Positions 61,022 to 64,000 of a stretch of 64,000 bases of DNA are shown piece by piece. Under the pieces are notes generated by a model. It was given only the letters and a program-made list of their open reading frames with translations, had not been told where the DNA came from and made no database searches. Numbering within the stretch: position 1 is the first letter of the stretch; the number at the start of each line of letters is the position of its first letter. The DNA is from a virus. A program made the translations under genes and the position numbers. The stretch spans positions 1 to 64,000 of the IMG/VR virus record IMGVR_UViG_3300044732_000704; one strand, written 5' to 3'.

Positions 61022-61106
61022 AAACGCCTACAATCAATTATATTCATAAAGTCATACATACGTAGCCATAAATAAAATAATCGCTTATAATCGTTCCTAG
61101 AGCGTT
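61022..61106 (+). repeat. Dispersed ~85-bp element, copy E
   Basis: CTACAATCAATTAT at 61028 and CCTAGAGCGTT at 61096. Confidence 0.8.
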
Positions 61107-61121
61107 TAAATGTGGATTACG

Positions 61122-61763
61122 TCAGTATCCACTACTACAACTAACTTTACGCGGTTTAATCTTACGATAAACACTGCTGATAACTTCGATTGGTGATTCG
61201 ATGAAGTCATTAAACCCAACCGTAGGTTTACCAACACACTTAAAGTCTGGAAACTTACGTTGCATTCTGTCAAATCGTTCAATCATGCGGTATTTGTCGT
61301 ACTTATGATAACAGCGGATCTCTTTAGCTGCAACATCTTTCTTAAAATTCTCAGATACGTAGAATTTACCAGAGAAAATGTGATACATGATTTGACAAAT
61401 ACCAATATCCATGTCTTCAGTGAGTTCTTCTGCTGTCAACGTTGTCCCATACACGATAAACTGAAGCTCAGGCACCGCTAACGATGGAGTTTTAAAACCA
61501 ATCAGTTGTTCAACACCTCGTTGATACAGAGATTGTGTCTCGTTTGTTTCCATTCGATAACTATACTGTAAGTTACGATGTGTGTCATATAACAAGTATT
61601 GAGGTGCATTCTCAACTGGGACAAAGAATAAATCAATGTCCTTTGGTTTTACACCAAGATACACATCGCGGCAAAGACCGCCCCCAAGATACACTTCGTA
61701 ACCAATCGTATTCTCAGCAATACTCTCAATTGTCGCTAAGATGTCTTCATCAATTTTGATCAT
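61122..61763 (-). CDS. Nucleotidyltransferase (CCA-adding/poly(A) polymerase head domain)
   Basis: GGGLCRD...KDIDLF and DIGICQ motifs. Confidence 0.8.
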   Translation of the reverse strand: MIKIDEDILATIESIAENTIGYEVYLGGGLCRDVYLGVKPKDIDLFFVPVENAPQYLLYDTHRNLQYSYRMETNETQSLYQRGVEQLIGFKTPSLAVPELQFIVYGTTLTAEELTEDMDIGICQIMYHIFSGKFYVSENFKKDVAAKEIRCYHKYDKYRMIERFDRMQRKFPDFKCVGKPTVGFNDFIESPIEVISSVYRKIKPRKVSCSSGY

Positions 61764-62350
61764 TTTAATAACTCCTGTAGTTCTAACTCTGTTGCTGCTC
61801 GACGTTTTTCTTCATTTTCTTCACATAAGGTTCTCAGACGATAGTGGAAATACTGACTAATCCAGAAATGTTCGTCTTGCGTTAAGAAATTCAAACTTTC
61901 TGGGAACCGAATAGGGCAATTCACGTACACTAAGTCATTACTGAAACGCAGGAGCGAGGATTCTGTACTAAACACCAAATCTAACAACCGTTTCTCTTTG
62001 TACTTTACCGTAACTGTTCCAGTTTCCAGATCTCTTGTTGGAAAGTAAATACCGCCATCGTCAAAAGCTTGCTTGATTACTTTCAGCAGTGTAGCTACTG
62101 GGACATTAAGTTGTCTATCAAGTAATTCATTATTGTTACCATATAGACTGAAAGTATCCACACCTAGTTTAATGCGTAAATAAAATTCCTCACCTTTGAG
62201 ACTACTACCCAAATATTGAGATTTAGTTAGTACATTCTCAGGTAAGTCTGGCAGTGTAGCTTTAACACTTACATCTTCCTGATACTTAATTTGACTCTCA
62301 CCTTCAGCAAGAAATTGATTTTTCCACCACGAAATAATTGATTTAAACAT
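61760..62350 (-). CDS. Hypothetical protein
   Basis: GAGGAG RBS before MFKS. Confidence 0.65.
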   Translation of the reverse strand: MFKSIISWWKNQFLAEGESQIKYQEDVSVKATLPDLPENVLTKSQYLGSSLKGEEFYLRIKLGVDTFSLYGNNNELLDRQLNVPVATLLKVIKQAFDDGGIYFPTRDLETGTVTVKYKEKRLLDLVFSTESSLLRFSNDLVYVNCPIRFPESLNFLTQDEHFWISQYFHYRLRTLCEENEEKRRAATELELQELLK

Positions 62351-62383
62351 TAATTTTCTCCTCATATGTGTTAATGTCTGCAC

Positions 62384-62476
62384 AGATTACAGTGTTGTTG
62401 ATTGGTTGTCAATAGGTATTTGTGGAATTTGTCAAATGAGAAATAGGTTGACAACATTATTTATTCGGTGTAATGT
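62384..62476. promoter_or_regulatory. Divergent sigma70 promoters
   Basis: Minus strand TTGACA-17-TAATCT; plus strand TTGACA-17-TAATGT. Confidence 0.6.
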
Positions 62477-62612
62477 GTATAGCTGTTGAGGTAAACGCAA
62501 TTTTAGAGATTTGCGTTTGGTCTTGTGGAATCGGTTGTTCATCGCATCTGAGTGGACATGATATACAGGTGTGGTAAGATATTAGAGTAAAGGTTAACAA
62601 AGGAGATTGACA

Positions 62613-62771
62613 ATGAAAGATGAAGAAATGATTAAACAGATTGCTGAGCATTACGAGCTTCCTGTTGAGCAGGTTGCTTTGATTTGGAGTGTTATCGACT
62701 GGTCGGAGTGGGCGGATAGTGAGCATATAGCACTTCTTGTTGATGAGTTTATTCAGGAAAAGATGAGGTAA
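62613..62771 (+). CDS. 52-aa acidic protein
   Basis: AAGGAG RBS; MKDEEMIKQIAEHYELP... Confidence 0.6.
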   Translation: MKDEEMIKQIAEHYELPVEQVALIWSVIDWSEWADSEHIALLVDEFIQEKMR

Positions 62772-62775
62772 TGAG

Positions 62776-62945
62776 GACTTTTTGTCCTTTCTGGAATAGA
62801 CTTTTTGTCTTCATAGAAAAGACATTCTGTCACCACAGGTAGGACAATTTGTCCACAGAGATAAGACATTTTGCACCTTCCATTAGTAAGATAGAAGTAA
62901 GATAAAAAGAAACAAAGAAAAGAAAGATAGAATAATTAATTTAAT
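62776..62945. repeat. Iteron-like array + A/T-rich tract (putative origin)
   Basis: GAC-N5-GTC units at 62776, 62799, 62821 and 62843, plus a degenerate unit at 62865 (period 22-23 bp). Confidence 0.75.
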
Positions 62946-62968
62946 CAAGTAGAGAGTAGGAGATTATT

Positions 62969-63088
62969 ATGGAATTATTACTACCTAAACACGTTCTTGT
63001 GTGGATAGATAGTCGTAGGGGTGAGCTTAGCCGTCAGGCTTTTATTGTTAACTGTTTGGTTAAGCTTAGAGAAATAGAAAAGATGTAG
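62969..63088 (+). CDS. CopG-like ribbon-helix-helix protein (39 aa)
   Basis: AGGAG RBS; MELLLPKHVLVWIDSRRGELSRQAFI fits the RHH pattern. Confidence 0.55.
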   Translation: MELLLPKHVLVWIDSRRGELSRQAFIVNCLVKLREIEKM

Positions 63089-63115
63089 AGATACATTAGA
63101 ACTTTAGGAATAGAA

Positions 63116-63586
63116 ATGAAAAAGAAAGAAGATAAAGAACCAAGCTTCGTACAACTTCACCACAACATACTGAAACAGAGGCACACTCTGTCTCGTTGTG
63201 TATTCATTGATGGAGATCCAGAAGAAGTAGAGATCACAATTCTTGATAAGGTTTTGTTTGTGTACATGAGATCTAGGTATGTATATTTCATCACAAAGAA
63301 CGGTTACTATGAAACTTATCAGCAGATAGCTGATGCTGTTGGTGTAGATAAAAAGACTGTAACTCGTTTCGTGCAGAAATGGAAAACACATGGATACATT
63401 GACTACTTCAACGGTGGTGGCAACAGGCTGAACTACACAAAGTTTGATTCTATATTTGATGTGGTTAATACCGGTAAGGAATCAGTACCAAGTCATTTGT
63501 TGGATGTTCCTGTGGACATGAGTGGTTACATACCTGAATTCAGCGAACCTGATTATGAGTATGAAAGAAGTATTGGTTTAATTTGA
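63116..63586 (+). CDS. Winged-helix replication-initiator-like protein
   Basis: FVQL...DKVLF...ETYQQIADAVGVDKKTVTR...GYI (HTH_36-like). Confidence 0.65.
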   Translation: MKKKEDKEPSFVQLHHNILKQRHTLSRCVFIDGDPEEVEITILDKVLFVYMRSRYVYFITKNGYYETYQQIADAVGVDKKTVTRFVQKWKTHGYIDYFNGGGNRLNYTKFDSIFDVVNTGKESVPSHLLDVPVDMSGYIPEFSEPDYEYERSIGLI

Positions 63587-63600
63587 GATAGGAAAATAGA

Positions 63601-64000
63601 ATGACTAAATATTATGTTTATTGTCTTAAAAATAAAGGCGAGTTAGTGTACATTGGTTCTACCACTAAAATTATAGATAGGTTGAAAACTCACAAACGGG
63701 ACAAGGAATTTGATGAGGTAGTTTACTGTGAGTTACCAGACAAAGAAACCATGCTGGAAGTTGAAGCTTTTGGTATTTCTAAAAAGAACCCTTTACTGAA
63801 CAAAGACAAACCGAACTTTTCCATAAAAGAGCTACCAGAGTTTATCAAATGGAAATGCGCTGATCTGAATTTTCTCAGGCATGATGATGTTGACTGGGAT
63901 TATGGTTTTGAAGTGGATGCCAGTTGGGGGTATTACAGTAATGCTATGGATGAGCTTGGGATACCGATTGAATTGGCTACGACAGGGCTTTGTCTGAAAC
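63601..64000 (+). CDS. GIY-YIG nuclease (3'-partial)
   Basis: YYVYCL...VYIGST...RLKTH...E...NP.LN. Confidence 0.7.
   Translation, partial: MTKYYVYCLKNKGELVYIGSTTKIIDRLKTHKRDKEFDEVVYCELPDKETMLEVEAFGISKKNPLLNKDKPNFSIKELPEFIKWKCADLNFLRHDDVDWDYGFEVDASWGYYSNAMDELGIPIELATTGLCLK

Noticed and set aside
62776-62880. Regularly spaced repeats as a CRISPR array
   Set aside because: Units are about 11 bp with a 22-bp period, too short for repeat-spacer structure, and there are no cas genes.
886-63391. Antisense and shadow ORFs in the track (e.g. 886-1311, 4151-4477, 30757-31143, 41136-41549, 62457-62726)
   Set aside because: They overlap well-supported genes on the other strand and lack RBS or recognisable motifs.
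1-64000. Assignment to a named phage or host genus
   Set aside because: Gene content suggests an aquatic gammaproteobacterial phage, but this cannot be established without a database search.

Overview
AT-rich window from a lytic tailed dsDNA phage of a Gammaproteobacterium. Host sigma70-type promoters occur throughout, and there is no integrase or tRNA. Layout: 1-7.45 kb (+) tail-fibre, lysis and virion genes; 7.5-36.1 kb (-) nucleotide metabolism and replication (nrdB, nrdA split by an ORF-less group I intron, glutaredoxin, thyX, exonucleases, SSB, family A DNA polymerase, primase-helicase), a solo TnpB, decayed UV-repair glycosylase genes and a minimal PolA-superfamily protein; 36.2-43.1 kb (+) small genes, including an early host-takeover cassette (39.8-43.1 kb, with an Ocr-like protein) bounded by long non-coding spacers; 43.9-62.4 kb (-) helicase, embedded spanin pair, two orphan methyltransferases, HD hydrolase, kinase, dNMP kinase, ClpP, PhoH and a nucleotidyltransferase; 62.6-64 kb (+) an iteron array, RHH gene and Rep-like gene. 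The strongest candidates for new biology are: (1) a transposase-free TnpB that looks co-opted as an RNA-guided homing endonuclease; (2) five dispersed ~85-bp intergenic elements; (3) an early cassette flanked by Fur boxes and 17-bp operators and enriched in GATC and AAGCTT, in a phage carrying an M.HindIII-like methylase; (4) a plasmid-like iteron replicon and a second minimal polymerase; (5) 'gene stub - homing endonuclease - replacement gene' architectures. All homology calls are from motif recognition by eye, and site counts are manual.
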